A DNA stretch of 64,000 bases. Origin: a virus. The notes beneath the pieces were generated by a model that did no database searches, was not told the origin of the DNA, and saw nothing but the letters and a program-made list of their open reading frames with translations. Of the stretch, positions 17,672 through 28,622 are shown one piece after another. Both the position numbers and the translations under genes were made by a program. Each line of letters begins with the position of its first letter. Within the stretch, counting starts at the first letter, position 1. The stretch is from the IMG/VR virus record IMGVR_UViG_3300034375_010007, positions 17,490 to 81,489 of that record; one strand, written 5' to 3'.

Positions 17672-19001
17672 CGAAATAACACCCCAACAGATATTTAGCC
17701 AATACGGTATCCTGAATGATCTTAGACCAGCTGACGGTCTTTCTGGTGATAGAAGATCCTTAACTACAACCGATGCTATATCTACTGTTCTGGAGCAAGC
17801 ATTTACTCCTGATGCTATTGGAAATAAAACGGTTTTCGGTGGTATTGTTTTTGGTACTTATTATGGGGACCAACCAGTAATATCCAATCCGGTGGAAAAT
17901 TTGGAGTACGTCTCTAAACAGCTTGCGCTAGCAGATAGTCCAGAATTAACTGGCGAAGCAGTATATTACAAATATAAGGTTTATGTCCATGAAGGTGATC
18001 CTAGAGTTCTCATAGATATTGATGAGCTTCTAAAAGACAATGCAACCGGGAAGTTGAATCTTCCAGGCATGTCTTTGGCTGATCGAGTTGATTCGTTACC
18101 TGACGCGTCGTTATCGCTTGATGCTAGTGTACCCAACGGTCAGTTGGCTATTTTGCCTGGAACACTGGTTAGTATAATATACGCCGACGAAAAGTTCCAA
18201 AAACCTCAAATTATAAAAGTAGGACCTAAAATATTTGATATTAATCTTCAAAATTCATCAATAAAGATGGATTTCAAAGATAAAAAATCTATGCTTATGG
18301 GTCCTAGGGGTACAGTTTCCAAGGATGATCCGGGCATCTTTAGTTGGTCTAATAGAGCTAAACAAGAAACAGCGATTTATATTCCAACAGGCGAACCCAT
18401 CAATAATGGAGAGCTAGAGGAAGCCGGTTTGTTGTATACTGATCCAGCCTCTGGTGCTCAATTAATAAAAGATGCTAAAGATGATTGGCTTAAATTAACG
18501 GCTGCATATAAGCGAAAATTTGGCAAACAACTAAAAGGTAGTGGCTATCGAACTTATGATAGTCAAGTTAATGTGCGTATGATTAGGGTTGGTGGCGATG
18601 AGGCAGGATGCCCCGGACCGCATCGTAATGGTATAAAAGGCGAGGGCGCAGGACAGTACAATAAAAATTGTAAATTTGTTGGGTATGCAGCAATTCCTGG
18701 CACATCCAATCACGGATGGGGATCTGCTGTAGATATAGATAGACCAGCTAGTGGATGGACCGGAGATCAAGCGGGGAACTCACCAGAATTTAAGTGGTTG
18801 AATAAATTTGCCCCCGACAAATTTAACTTTAATTTTGGTGTATCAAACGAACATTGGCACTTGGATTGGATCGGACTTAACAAAGTAGTTAAAGGGGTCT
18901 CGGTAAACACTAAACGTTGGACTCAAGAGGGGCTTGAAGATACACAGGTAACATTTGGGGCAGATCCGCCCGCCACAGCAGGACCTAGTGCGTTATCTTA
19001 G
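17664..19001 (+). CDS. virion/baseplate-hub protein with C-terminal M15-family peptidoglycan peptidase
   Basis: SGYRT..SQ, PGTSNHGWGSAVD and EHWH are VanY/M15B motifs; located at the head of the baseplate block. Confidence 0.75.
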   Translation: MANEITPQQIFSQYGILNDLRPADGLSGDRRSLTTTDAISTVLEQAFTPDAIGNKTVFGGIVFGTYYGDQPVISNPVENLEYVSKQLALADSPELTGEAVYYKYKVYVHEGDPRVLIDIDELLKDNATGKLNLPGMSLADRVDSLPDASLSLDASVPNGQLAILPGTLVSIIYADEKFQKPQIIKVGPKIFDINLQNSSIKMDFKDKKSMLMGPRGTVSKDDPGIFSWSNRAKQETAIYIPTGEPINNGELEEAGLLYTDPASGAQLIKDAKDDWLKLTAAYKRKFGKQLKGSGYRTYDSQVNVRMIRVGGDEAGCPGPHRNGIKGEGAGQYNKNCKFVGYAAIPGTSNHGWGSAVDIDRPASGWTGDQAGNSPEFKWLNKFAPDKFNFNFGVSNEHWHLDWIGLNKVVKGVSVNTKRWTQEGLEDTQVTFGADPPATAGPSALS

Positions 19002-19010
19002 GAGAAAAAA

Positions 19011-19985
19011 GTGTCTAAAGTAAAAACAATATCAGCCATACAAAAACCAACAGACCCAATTGAAAAAAGAAAGTTGGACAACGCATCCCCAGCCGAAGAG
19101 GCTGATATACGCGGAGTTGGCTCAAAAGAGACAGAGAACTATGACACGCCAGATTTAATCCTGACCTCTAATGAGAAAGTTATAAGAAAAGGCAACGCAT
19201 CTATTAAATTAGGAAAAGATAGAAACTCTAACAGACTCTCTGGCACCGGAGGTAAAGGACAGTCTCATTGCGCTGCAATAGATATTGTTGCTGGAACTTT
19301 GGGACATAGCGCGCGCAGTAGAGACCGAAAGGGTAACAAACTTTATGCAGATCCCAACTTTGTTCTGGACTCGGCAAGAATCTATGTCAGTCAAAAGGCA
19401 GATATCGATGGGTACTTTAGACTCAAAAAGCCAAAGGGCGCAGGATCTACTTCCTCGGTAACACCCAGATCTAGTATCGCCCTCAAGGCAGATAACATTA
19501 GAGTTATTGGTCGCGAAAACATTCGACTTATTACCCGCACAGACTCTATCAACTCACAGGGCGGGGAATTGTCAAACGCTGATAAGAGTGGATACGGAAT
19601 TGATTTGATTGCAATGAATGACCCAGAAGATCTTCAGCCGATGGTAAAAGGTGAAAATCTTAAGGATTGCCTGAACGCTATGCTTCAGGTTATAGAAAAT
19701 GTAAGCACAATATTGGACAACTTTATATCGTATCAGCAAAGCTTTAATAGATCTGTCCAAAACCACACTCATATGTCACCTTTTTATGGAACTGAAACAG
19801 CGCCTGATTTCAAGCAGGTTATGAGTGCGGGAATAGAAAATATGATTAATGTTACTTTAAATTGTCAAGTACCAATGATTGCGGACATACCTTTAAGTAA
19901 TGTTGCTATTGTAAATGATTACTTGGACAACTCCGGGGTCGCCGGCGATAAGTATATCCTAAGCTTATATAACAGGACAAACTAA
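19011..19985 (+). CDS. putative baseplate hub/spike protein (gp5 C-terminus-like)
   Basis: Beta-rich repeats, QPMVKGENL and an HTH spike-tip-like motif (NHTH); context. Confidence 0.55.
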   Translation: MSKVKTISAIQKPTDPIEKRKLDNASPAEEADIRGVGSKETENYDTPDLILTSNEKVIRKGNASIKLGKDRNSNRLSGTGGKGQSHCAAIDIVAGTLGHSARSRDRKGNKLYADPNFVLDSARIYVSQKADIDGYFRLKKPKGAGSTSSVTPRSSIALKADNIRVIGRENIRLITRTDSINSQGGELSNADKSGYGIDLIAMNDPEDLQPMVKGENLKDCLNAMLQVIENVSTILDNFISYQQSFNRSVQNHTHMSPFYGTETAPDFKQVMSAGIENMINVTLNCQVPMIADIPLSNVAIVNDYLDNSGVAGDKYILSLYNRTN

Positions 19986-22900
19986 TGGCAATACCAGAAA
20001 TACAAGCTATATCTCTACAAACTTTAATCTCCAAAACTTTACCGGGTATACCATTTGTCAATAAAGTAGACAACATAATGAACTTTTATGTTAATGTCAC
20101 GAGTCGTGGATCCAAAGAGACCCAAGAGCGCTTGTGTACAGACTATTTTATTGAACACTATTTTCCAGAGTATTATCCTTTAGTAGTTGACAGAGATAAT
20201 GCTGAGTTCGCTAGTTTTGGTGGCTTCTATGACGAGCTTCGTAATACAATTTCAGATTCGCTTTTTTTGGAAAAAGTTGGTCCATTTAACGTCAAAGATA
20301 CATTTAAGTTATCCCTACAGGAAGGGAATATCTATGACCTTAAAGAAGCTTATGAAGAAGAAGAAAAGTTACCTGATTTCTTAGATGCTCTAGCATTCTT
20401 TAACGCTGAAAGAGGCGCAGGGGCTGAGACAGGTGCAACAAGCTTTGAGTTTACAAATGTACCAAATTCTTTAGACAAATTAACAGGAACGATTAGTGAC
20501 TTTTCCACCGCTATCTCGTTGTTCAAGGGAATAGTGCCTTTATCTTTGGATGCCAATAGTCTTGGAACCTTTACCAACAGGATTGTTAACGCGCTGCTAA
20601 GAGTTATCTACGAGAGCTTAGATTTTAAGCTCCAAGAAAGTAACTTCTTCGACTCCGATTATTTGACAATGTATTTTGATAGTGATTCAAACATAGTCCG
20701 AGTTGATTACTTTGTTTTGAATGTAACTCGTGGAGAAACCAAGCAAGCTAAGATCGGGTTTATCACAAACTCTAAATACAATCCAATTTTTAGTGATCCC
20801 CTAGCCCTAAAGACAGTTGAAAATTACAAAGAAATTATTGAATCATCGGAGCAACAGTCAAACTTAACAAAGCAGCAGTCAATAACAGGCTTTTTCTCGA
20901 CGCTTGGAATTGAAGGCTCTTTCACTGCACCACAGATAGGAGACATTCCTGGCTCCATCACTCCCGGTAATAATATCTTTGGGAACAGATCATCAGACGA
21001 TCTGATTGATGTAAGTAATATGCAACAGCTTGAGGACACGTTCAGTAAGCTTAAAACCAAAGAAGAGTTGCTAAAAGAGATTGAAGAGGCCGAAAATGAA
21101 GAAACGAAAAAGAACATCCTTCAGGCAGAAAAAGCTAAGAAACTCAACGCCGCAGTCCAAATTGTAGATACAATAGATGCCGTTCTAAATTTTAACGTTC
21201 CAATATTTGGACCCAACGCCACAAAAGAACAAAAAATTGTAAATCAAATCCTAAACCAGTTCGGAATTCAAGCTCTTGCAAAAGAGGCAATTATCTGCTT
21301 AACATTGGGACTTGGGGCAACAGCTTCTAGAATTACGCAGTCAGTTAGAAACTCAATCATTCAACAGGCTAGTTCGCTTCAATCAGAACCAACACCTCCA
21401 TCTAAAGAAATAAACATAAAAAGACCGAACTTAGGAGAACTGTTTTCAGACCAGTTTAAGCCGTTCTCTGTTAACGGCGATATCAAAGATCAAATAAAAG
21501 ACATTATTCTAGGCGCTATCGCCAATGCTGCATTTGAAGTTATTAAGTCCCTAGTGGAATTGATACAATTTAATTGTGGCTCTATTTTAAGAGGCAATAC
21601 GGGTGCCATTGATGTAGGAAGTAGGATAAGGGACGAGAACCAGAGGGCAGCTGTTAGCTTCCCAAACCTTGAGGAGCTTTTGGAGGCTGAATTTGCCCAG
21701 GATGGTTTGGCTCTAGATCAGGTTTATACTTATTTCTCAGATGTATCAAGCGTGTTGAATCCCATAGAAGTATGTCGTTTACTCAACTCTCAGAGAGAAG
21801 TTGAGCCGTTTACATATGCAAAAATTCTTGATTTTAATTCAGACTATTCTTCACCACAGATCAGAAATAATATCAATACAATTGGCTCCATTAACAGTTA
21901 CTTTTCGAGAATCTCCCAATATGTTGACACAGTGACATTCTGCAACGATATTATCAATAATAATATCTTACAGGTCGTAGAAAACTGTAATATATGTCTA
22001 GACGAAGATTTCTTCGATTCAACACCAGCGCTGGACGAATTAATAAGGATTGCCGAAGACGGAATTCAAATCGCCCCGCCGCCACTTGATTTCTTGTGCC
22101 CGGATTCCCCAAACTATCTTGAAAATCCTATCGCAACAACAATTTTACCTAATTTGTTCAACAACATCTTAGATACAACAAAGACTTATATGGCAGGGTC
22201 CCTTGAAGCTGCGCGCACGTCCTTGCTTGAACCTACAGTGTCAAACGATATAAATCCAGATGTTGCCGGGGCGTTCGGTGCTCTAGGAATTCAGCCTCCA
22301 ACTGCCTCCTTGGATCCAGCAGTTTTAAACTTTATCACGGACATGTTTGAATTTTTTGACAATATAAATGAAGAAGTTGTTGCTGCAGCCCAAAGTGGTG
22401 TATGTCAAGAAATCGATAGTGCCAAAATACAAAATATTATTGATAATGCTGGGATTGTGGCCACTGCCATACGAGCCGGATTAAGTGAAGTCCCGGGCGT
22501 TATAGAGGAGGTTGATAACAAGATTACTTCCATTCAGGATCAGGCGACTGGCACTGGACCCGCACACACGAAATATGTATTCCCGGAGGCATTCCGTAAA
22601 CGGTTTGCAGAAGCTGTACAGCCTCTTAATTATGTTTCTCCCGTCGGGGGCCTGCTGCGGGGGCGACGCGTCGACGAGGCCATTTACCAGACAAACTATA
22701 ATTCGTCTGGCCAAGAACAATTAACTTTAAATTTTGTGTTCTCTAGAAATCAGCAATTTTCTGTTCAATATCCGGAATGGTCTCAAAACGTAGAGAGTTT
22801 TATAAATCTTTCCTATAACCTACAGAATGTGGATCCATCTTTAGCTGGTGAGCTTAGCAACTTAGTTCCGCCTGAAAACTCACAACTTCCTATTAGTGAG

Positions 22901-24832
22901 GCTTACCAAGATTTACAATTAAATCCATATATTTATCGCTTTGTAGAGCCCATCTCTATAGCAGAGAACGAGTCGTTAGGCGACTCATCTTTTATTCAAG
23001 AAGTGGTAGGAGAAAAATACACTTCGGTGTATGGCTCATTGTATAGAAAGCTTTACAATTACATTTTAGATAATGGTGCTTTTAGTGCTTTTAAGGTAAA
23101 TAATCTAAAATTCTTTAAAAATAATGATTTGTGCGACCCCTCTAACGTTGGAGATTTGTTCGATGCAGAGGGTATTTTAGATCAAATGAAGAAAGAGTTT
23201 GCCGCAGCTGCTTGTTACGACGATGGATCAGCCAAAGACAAAACTAGAAACACTCTTTATTACGGTTTAATCCTAATGTTAATCCAGTCAATAATAGATG
23301 AGTTTGTGATTAAGAACATTGTTGTGTTCTCAGCATTTAAGATGGATTCCCTACTCGATCTACCTGTTATGAGAGAGTACATGGTCAACCGACTAGTGGC
23401 ATCATTTAATGAAATTAAATCTGATGGGAATTCAATCCTAGAGCGTGAACTCTTTAATTACTTCGATAGAGTATCTCGCAGAGAGTCAACCATCAATAAT
23501 GGGGGAATTGCCCACACTTATCCTCCTTTCCAAATTCCTCAAGGATTTGAACTAAATGACGACGGAACGGCAGCTAATTTTCCTTTAAATGATGAAAGTG
23601 CTCTTATTCGCTTCTTGGTTGAGGAAAGATTATATTATACTTGGGATAATGGACAAAGAAGTACCTTGGGCGCAATAAACAACATTATTGATCCAAAGGG
23701 TGAAAACAAATCATTTGACGATGTGTTTTTAGAGGATGTGATAACTGTTAATACTATTAATGCGCAACAAGAAGCGTCAGTAGATTTTGATAATGCTGCT
23801 TACATCACAAATATAGTGAACGATAGCTTTGACATTAATGGTGTGTACTTCACAGATGGTGTAACAATATCAAATGACGTGCAAAATTCAACAGGCCTCT
23901 CGATTCAGAGAGACGCTAATATCTTAAGCTTAAATTTATACTCTTCTCACAACAGCGACAGTACGCTGTTTTCAGTTACGCCTCTTTTCTCGATACCGAT
24001 AGACTCTAACAACACAAGACAGGAAAACCTTGCCCTAATCAAGCAAGACCCACAGTATCAGCTTTTTAAGAACCAAGTATTCAATCAAGATGCGATTATC
24101 CTTGGTCCTATATTACACAATTTTTATTTAACAGAGTTGTTCTTCTCGGACATTACAGACGCATTCAGAGGAACAAAGCGAGCAATCATAAACTTTATGA
24201 ATATGACTGATGCTTCAACAAGACCTCCACTTCCAGATACGCCAAATAATAATTTCCAAAATACTTTGGCAAACAATGGACAGCAGGATATGGGCTCCCT
24301 CGCAAGAGAGATTTTCTTAAAGTTCTTGAGAGAAACACCTATCCAAATTCTTAAGGGATTGGTGGAGCTAATTGATCCTCACGTCGCCATATCAAAGATT
24401 GTAAAAGATGTCACAGGGCAAGCTTTCATAGCGGTTTCGCAGGCCATACAGACTGGGCTTGATGCCGCCGCTCCCTCCGACTCCGAAGCGCCCAATCCAT
24501 TAGCAGGCATCACGGGTGAAGATATATTGGCTCTTATGTTCTGCATTTACGACACAACTAATGAAGTAACAAGCGGAACTCTTGGTACTGGCGCTACAGG
24601 CGAAGATAGTCCATTAGCTTCAAATGCTGAAGCGGAGCCTCTATTCGGACCTAGAATTACTCTTGACGGAGTTGATTTTAAGGGAACAGTCGCTGGCATG
24701 TTTATGGCTCCTCCGTCTCCCTTGGGAATTCTGTATCTGTTGATCGAGCTTCTAAAAATCAAGATAGATGAGGAACTATCGGAAGAAGATGTTGGCGATG
24801 CAACTGAGCCTCCCCCACCAGAGGAGTGCTAA
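19985..24832 (+). CDS. large putative virion structural protein (1615 aa)
   Basis: Long ORF between spike-like and gp25-like genes. Confidence 0.7.
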   Translation: MAIPEIQAISLQTLISKTLPGIPFVNKVDNIMNFYVNVTSRGSKETQERLCTDYFIEHYFPEYYPLVVDRDNAEFASFGGFYDELRNTISDSLFLEKVGPFNVKDTFKLSLQEGNIYDLKEAYEEEEKLPDFLDALAFFNAERGAGAETGATSFEFTNVPNSLDKLTGTISDFSTAISLFKGIVPLSLDANSLGTFTNRIVNALLRVIYESLDFKLQESNFFDSDYLTMYFDSDSNIVRVDYFVLNVTRGETKQAKIGFITNSKYNPIFSDPLALKTVENYKEIIESSEQQSNLTKQQSITGFFSTLGIEGSFTAPQIGDIPGSITPGNNIFGNRSSDDLIDVSNMQQLEDTFSKLKTKEELLKEIEEAENEETKKNILQAEKAKKLNAAVQIVDTIDAVLNFNVPIFGPNATKEQKIVNQILNQFGIQALAKEAIICLTLGLGATASRITQSVRNSIIQQASSLQSEPTPPSKEINIKRPNLGELFSDQFKPFSVNGDIKDQIKDIILGAIANAAFEVIKSLVELIQFNCGSILRGNTGAIDVGSRIRDENQRAAVSFPNLEELLEAEFAQDGLALDQVYTYFSDVSSVLNPIEVCRLLNSQREVEPFTYAKILDFNSDYSSPQIRNNINTIGSINSYFSRISQYVDTVTFCNDIINNNILQVVENCNICLDEDFFDSTPALDELIRIAEDGIQIAPPPLDFLCPDSPNYLENPIATTILPNLFNNILDTTKTYMAGSLEAARTSLLEPTVSNDINPDVAGAFGALGIQPPTASLDPAVLNFITDMFEFFDNINEEVVAAAQSGVCQEIDSAKIQNIIDNAGIVATAIRAGLSEVPGVIEEVDNKITSIQDQATGTGPAHTKYVFPEAFRKRFAEAVQPLNYVSPVGGLLRGRRVDEAIYQTNYNSSGQEQLTLNFVFSRNQQFSVQYPEWSQNVESFINLSYNLQNVDPSLAGELSNLVPPENSQLPISEAYQDLQLNPYIYRFVEPISIAENESLGDSSFIQEVVGEKYTSVYGSLYRKLYNYILDNGAFSAFKVNNLKFFKNNDLCDPSNVGDLFDAEGILDQMKKEFAAAACYDDGSAKDKTRNTLYYGLILMLIQSIIDEFVIKNIVVFSAFKMDSLLDLPVMREYMVNRLVASFNEIKSDGNSILERELFNYFDRVSRRESTINNGGIAHTYPPFQIPQGFELNDDGTAANFPLNDESALIRFLVEERLYYTWDNGQRSTLGAINNIIDPKGENKSFDDVFLEDVITVNTINAQQEASVDFDNAAYITNIVNDSFDINGVYFTDGVTISNDVQNSTGLSIQRDANILSLNLYSSHNSDSTLFSVTPLFSIPIDSNNTRQENLALIKQDPQYQLFKNQVFNQDAIILGPILHNFYLTELFFSDITDAFRGTKRAIINFMNMTDASTRPPLPDTPNNNFQNTLANNGQQDMGSLAREIFLKFLRETPIQILKGLVELIDPHVAISKIVKDVTGQAFIAVSQAIQTGLDAAAPSDSEAPNPLAGITGEDILALMFCIYDTTNEVTSGTLGTGATGEDSPLASNAEAEPLFGPRITLDGVDFKGTVAGMFMAPPSPLGILYLLIELLKIKIDEELSEEDVGDATEPPPPEEC

Positions 24833-24845
24833 AATAAATAAATCA

Positions 24846-24853
24846 ACTATTTA
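24846..24853 (+). promoter_or_regulatory. putative late-promoter motif ACTATTTA
   Basis: Intergenic, followed directly by SD AGGAGG and ATG 24870. Confidence 0.6.
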
Positions 24854-24869
24854 AGGAGGAGGGCAGCAC

Positions 24870-25271
24870 ATGGCTTCTGGATTGGCACCAAGATTACCGC
24901 TGGTTTTTGATGATGTATATGGTCCGTATGGGCTGATCACTGATTTTAGTTCTCTCGCAAAGCAAAACTTAAAAATGCTTATTTTGACAACTCCTGGCGA
25001 GAGGATGATGGATACCGACTTTGGAGTCGGCTTGAAGAAATATTTATTTGAACAGAACACGGCGTCTACTTATTCTGAGATTGACAGCAATATCAGACAA
25101 CAGGTACAGAGATATTTGCCTTATATTGGCATTGATAGAATCGACTTTACTGTCCCCGAAAACAACCCGGATCTTTTTCCTAACAATATATCAGTTTCTA
25201 TATTGTTTACGATATTGCCACTTCAAACCAATGCGATTCTAAATGTAGAAGTTAATAATAACACTAACTAA
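24870..25271 (+). CDS. baseplate wedge protein gp25-like (GPW/gp25)
   Basis: KQNLKMLILTTPGERMMDTDFGVGL..YLFE. Confidence 0.92.
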   Translation: MASGLAPRLPLVFDDVYGPYGLITDFSSLAKQNLKMLILTTPGERMMDTDFGVGLKKYLFEQNTASTYSEIDSNIRQQVQRYLPYIGIDRIDFTVPENNPDLFPNNISVSILFTILPLQTNAILNVEVNNNTN

Positions 25272-25274
25272 TTA
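25267..25274 (+). promoter_or_regulatory. putative late-promoter motif ACTAATTA
   Basis: 18 nt upstream of ATG 25293. Confidence 0.5.
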
Positions 25275-25292
25275 TAAAAGGTGCAGAAATAG

Positions 25293-27086
25293 ATGTCCAA
25301 AAAGAACGTTGCAATCAATTATACAAGTAGAGATTTTGAATCTATCCGTCGCGATTTAGAGGAGTTTGCCAAAAGATACTATCCAAACACCTATAAAGAT
25401 TTCAATAGAGCTTCATTTGGATCCTTGATGCTTGATTCTGTCTCTTATATCGGAGACATTTTATCATTCTATCTTGATTATCAAATGAATGAGACATTCT
25501 TGGATAGTGCCGTCGAATACAACAATGTTGTAAAGCTAGCCAGACAACTCGGATACAAACTTCAAACAAGCCCATCATCATATGGGAAAATGACATTTTT
25601 TATTGAGGTCCCCGCCGGTAGCTCGGGCTTAGGACCTGACCCGACACTTATCCCTGTTTTGCAGGCTGGTTCTACATTTACATCGACTGGTGGTGGATTC
25701 TACACTCTTTTAGAAGACGTTGACTTTGATAAAGAGGGCAATCAGGTGGTCGTTGGTTCTGCCGATTCCACAACAGGCGCTCCACTTACATATGTGATCA
25801 GAGCGATAGGAACCGCCGTTTCGGGGAGATCCGGAACTGAAAGCTTTACAATCGGAGGCTTTGAGAGATTTAGAAAAGTTCCTTTAGGGGTAACAAACGT
25901 ATCCAATATCGTTAGCGTGACAGATTCCGAAGGCAATGAGTATTTTGAGGTTGACCATCTCTCACAGAACGTCATATACAAAGCAATAAGAAACACTACA
26001 ACAACGCGGTCGACAGTGCCCAATTTACTGAAGGCTACACCGGTAGCTAGAAGGTTTGTTGTCGAGACAGTTGACAACCAGACATTTATACAATTTGGAT
26101 ATGGATCAGATAGTAACAAGCTCACCAATCCTGTTGTAGATCCAACAGAGGTTGTATTAAATTTAAACGGTAGAAGCTACACTACTGATGTAGACTTTGA
26201 CCCCACTAAGCTTATTGACACAGACAAATTTGGCATTGGACCATCGAACACTACATTAACAGTCCGGTACCGTTTTAATACGACATCAGACGTTAACGCT
26301 GCCGTGGATACAATTACGGGCATAGCATCGTCCAACTTTAAATTCGGTAACCAAGGGGCCATATCCTTGACCAACAGAAATGCAGTTATCAACTCTTTGG
26401 AGGTGACAAATGAAGAGCAATTTGTTGGAAGTGTGTCTCTACCTTCATCCGAAGAGATACGACAAAGAGCGTTCAGTTACTTTGCGACACAGAATAGAGC
26501 GGTTACAGCACAAGATTATCAAGCTATTTGCTACGGCATGCCAGCAAAGTTTGGAATGATTAAGAGAGTTGCCATTCTAAAAGACCCAGATGAATTTAAG
26601 AGAAATGTCAACATTTATGTAATGTCAGAGAACAGCTCCGGAAAGCTGGTTGTCGCCAACACAACACTTAAAAATAATTTAAAAAATTGGATTACCCAAT
26701 ATAAAATGATATCTGATACGGTTGATATTTTAGATGCTGAGATTGTTAATTTTGACATTAGTTATGAAATACTAATCGATATTAATGCGAATCGATTTGA
26801 TGTTATTAGCACTTGCAACCAAAGATTGGCGAATAAATTCGCTATGAAGCAGGATATCGGAGAGCCAATAAAAATCACGGATGTCTACAAAGAACTGCAA
26901 AAAGTGGATGGTGTTGTAGACGTCACGTCTGTTGATGTTGGGCTGAAGTCAGGCGGGATATATTCTGAATCCAACTACGATTTTGATGCATCCTTATCGT
27001 CGGATGGTAGGATGATTGAAGCACAGCCAAATGTCATTTTTGAACTGAAGTATCCAAATATAGATATTAAGGGATCTATTAGATAA
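25293..27086 (+). CDS. baseplate wedge protein gp6-like
   Basis: RDFESIR, E.FLDSA, LARQLGY and QNRAVTAQDY. Confidence 0.9.
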   Translation: MSKKNVAINYTSRDFESIRRDLEEFAKRYYPNTYKDFNRASFGSLMLDSVSYIGDILSFYLDYQMNETFLDSAVEYNNVVKLARQLGYKLQTSPSSYGKMTFFIEVPAGSSGLGPDPTLIPVLQAGSTFTSTGGGFYTLLEDVDFDKEGNQVVVGSADSTTGAPLTYVIRAIGTAVSGRSGTESFTIGGFERFRKVPLGVTNVSNIVSVTDSEGNEYFEVDHLSQNVIYKAIRNTTTTRSTVPNLLKATPVARRFVVETVDNQTFIQFGYGSDSNKLTNPVVDPTEVVLNLNGRSYTTDVDFDPTKLIDTDKFGIGPSNTTLTVRYRFNTTSDVNAAVDTITGIASSNFKFGNQGAISLTNRNAVINSLEVTNEEQFVGSVSLPSSEEIRQRAFSYFATQNRAVTAQDYQAICYGMPAKFGMIKRVAILKDPDEFKRNVNIYVMSENSSGKLVVANTTLKNNLKNWITQYKMISDTVDILDAEIVNFDISYEILIDINANRFDVISTCNQRLANKFAMKQDIGEPIKITDVYKELQKVDGVVDVTSVDVGLKSGGIYSESNYDFDASLSSDGRMIEAQPNVIFELKYPNIDIKGSIR

Positions 27087-28615
27087 TGGCTATTTTAAGA
27101 TATACGGCAAGTGCTGACAATACGATCACAAACGCTTATGAAGCCAACTTGGTGACAAGAGGTACAGGCTCCAATATGGGCTATGCAGATTCTCTTGAAG
27201 TCTTCTCAATCTATGCACAAGAGTCGGGCTCTAATGGGCAGTCTCAAGAACTTTCTAGAATTCTAATTCAATTTCCTGTGTCTTCTATCTCTGCAGACAG
27301 AACTGCCGGCACAATCCCAGCATCTGGCTCGGTATCGTTTTATCTTAAGATGTTCAACGCAGAACATCCCTTTACACTTCCGCAAGATTTTAATTTAATT
27401 GTTGCTCCCGTCTCACGCTCTTGGACAGAAGGAGCGGGACTGGACATGGATGAATATCAGGACCTTGGAGAGTCTAATTGGATGAAATCCGATTCAAGCA
27501 CATCTTGGTCTAGCGTCGGAGGCGACTACTTAGCTCAAGACAATTATAACGTTAGTTTTCCACAGGGGTACGAAAATCTAGAAGTTGATGTTACAACCGT
27601 TGTAGAAAATTGGATTACCGGCGCAGCGGGAGGAGGATATAACAACTACGGCTTCGGCATTCGCCTAACTGCCTCACAGGAAGCTTATTTTTCATCATCT
27701 CTCGGTACAGACTCGGGCTCTGTAATTCAGAATACTGGAGGCGCAACCCAATCATATTACACAAAGAAATTCTTTGCTCGCTCAAGTGAGTTCTTTTTTA
27801 AGCGTCCTGTTATCGAAGCTCGCTGGGACTCTCGCACAATGGATGATAGAGAGAACTTTTTCTTCTCCTCATCACGAGCACCAGCAGCAGACAACCTGAA
27901 TACTTTACAATTCTACAACTATGGAAGACGTGGTCTTAATAATGTTCCAGCTGTTGGAACAAGCGACATACTTGTTTCTTTCTACTCAAGCTCTAATGGA
28001 TCCCCCACCGGCTCGAAGCTCTCCCTTCAGGGTGGTGGTAGCGTCGTCTCTACCGGCGATACAAACGCTACAGGAAGTTACGTGAGTCCTGGCATCTATT
28101 CGTGCGAAGTCGCGCTTACAGCGGCTTCTACGCCCTTACAGGAGATACACGACGTATGGCACTCTGGAGGAGTTGAATACTTTACTGGCTCATTTTTCCC
28201 AGAGCTAATGCCAACTTATGACAGCGCACCGACATTCAATAGAATCACATCTTGCAAGAATCTTAAAAAGAAATACTCAAGACAAGATACAGCAAGGTTT
28301 AGATTCTTTGTTCGTGATAGAAACTGGTCTCCAACGATTTACACAGTCGCGACTGCCAATAATCCAACGGATATTATTGAGAGCGCATCATTTAGTATTC
28401 ATCGCGTAACAGACAACTTGGCCGCAATTCCATACGGTACCGGATCAGACCTTAGCACTTATTTATCATACGATAAGGAAGGAAATTTCTTTGATTTAGA
28501 TATGTCTCTGTTAGAGGCTGATTATATGTATGAGATAAGGTTGTCTTATTACAACGACAGCATTGGGGACTGGCAAGAACAACCTCAGACGTTCAAATTT
28601 AGAGTTGAAGAATAA
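27086..28615 (+). CDS. putative baseplate/tail structural protein
   Basis: SRILIQF and KKFFAR.S motifs; beta-rich; context. Confidence 0.65.
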   Translation: MAILRYTASADNTITNAYEANLVTRGTGSNMGYADSLEVFSIYAQESGSNGQSQELSRILIQFPVSSISADRTAGTIPASGSVSFYLKMFNAEHPFTLPQDFNLIVAPVSRSWTEGAGLDMDEYQDLGESNWMKSDSSTSWSSVGGDYLAQDNYNVSFPQGYENLEVDVTTVVENWITGAAGGGYNNYGFGIRLTASQEAYFSSSLGTDSGSVIQNTGGATQSYYTKKFFARSSEFFFKRPVIEARWDSRTMDDRENFFFSSSRAPAADNLNTLQFYNYGRRGLNNVPAVGTSDILVSFYSSSNGSPTGSKLSLQGGGSVVSTGDTNATGSYVSPGIYSCEVALTAASTPLQEIHDVWHSGGVEYFTGSFFPELMPTYDSAPTFNRITSCKNLKKKYSRQDTARFRFFVRDRNWSPTIYTVATANNPTDIIESASFSIHRVTDNLAAIPYGTGSDLSTYLSYDKEGNFFDLDMSLLEADYMYEIRLSYYNDSIGDWQEQPQTFKFRVEE

Positions 28616-28622
28616 TTAAAGT

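Noticed and set aside
22630-22690. Short GC-rich patch inside the 1615-aa gene
   Set aside because: About 50 nt, in frame, with no clear structure or boundary; not distinguishable from local variation
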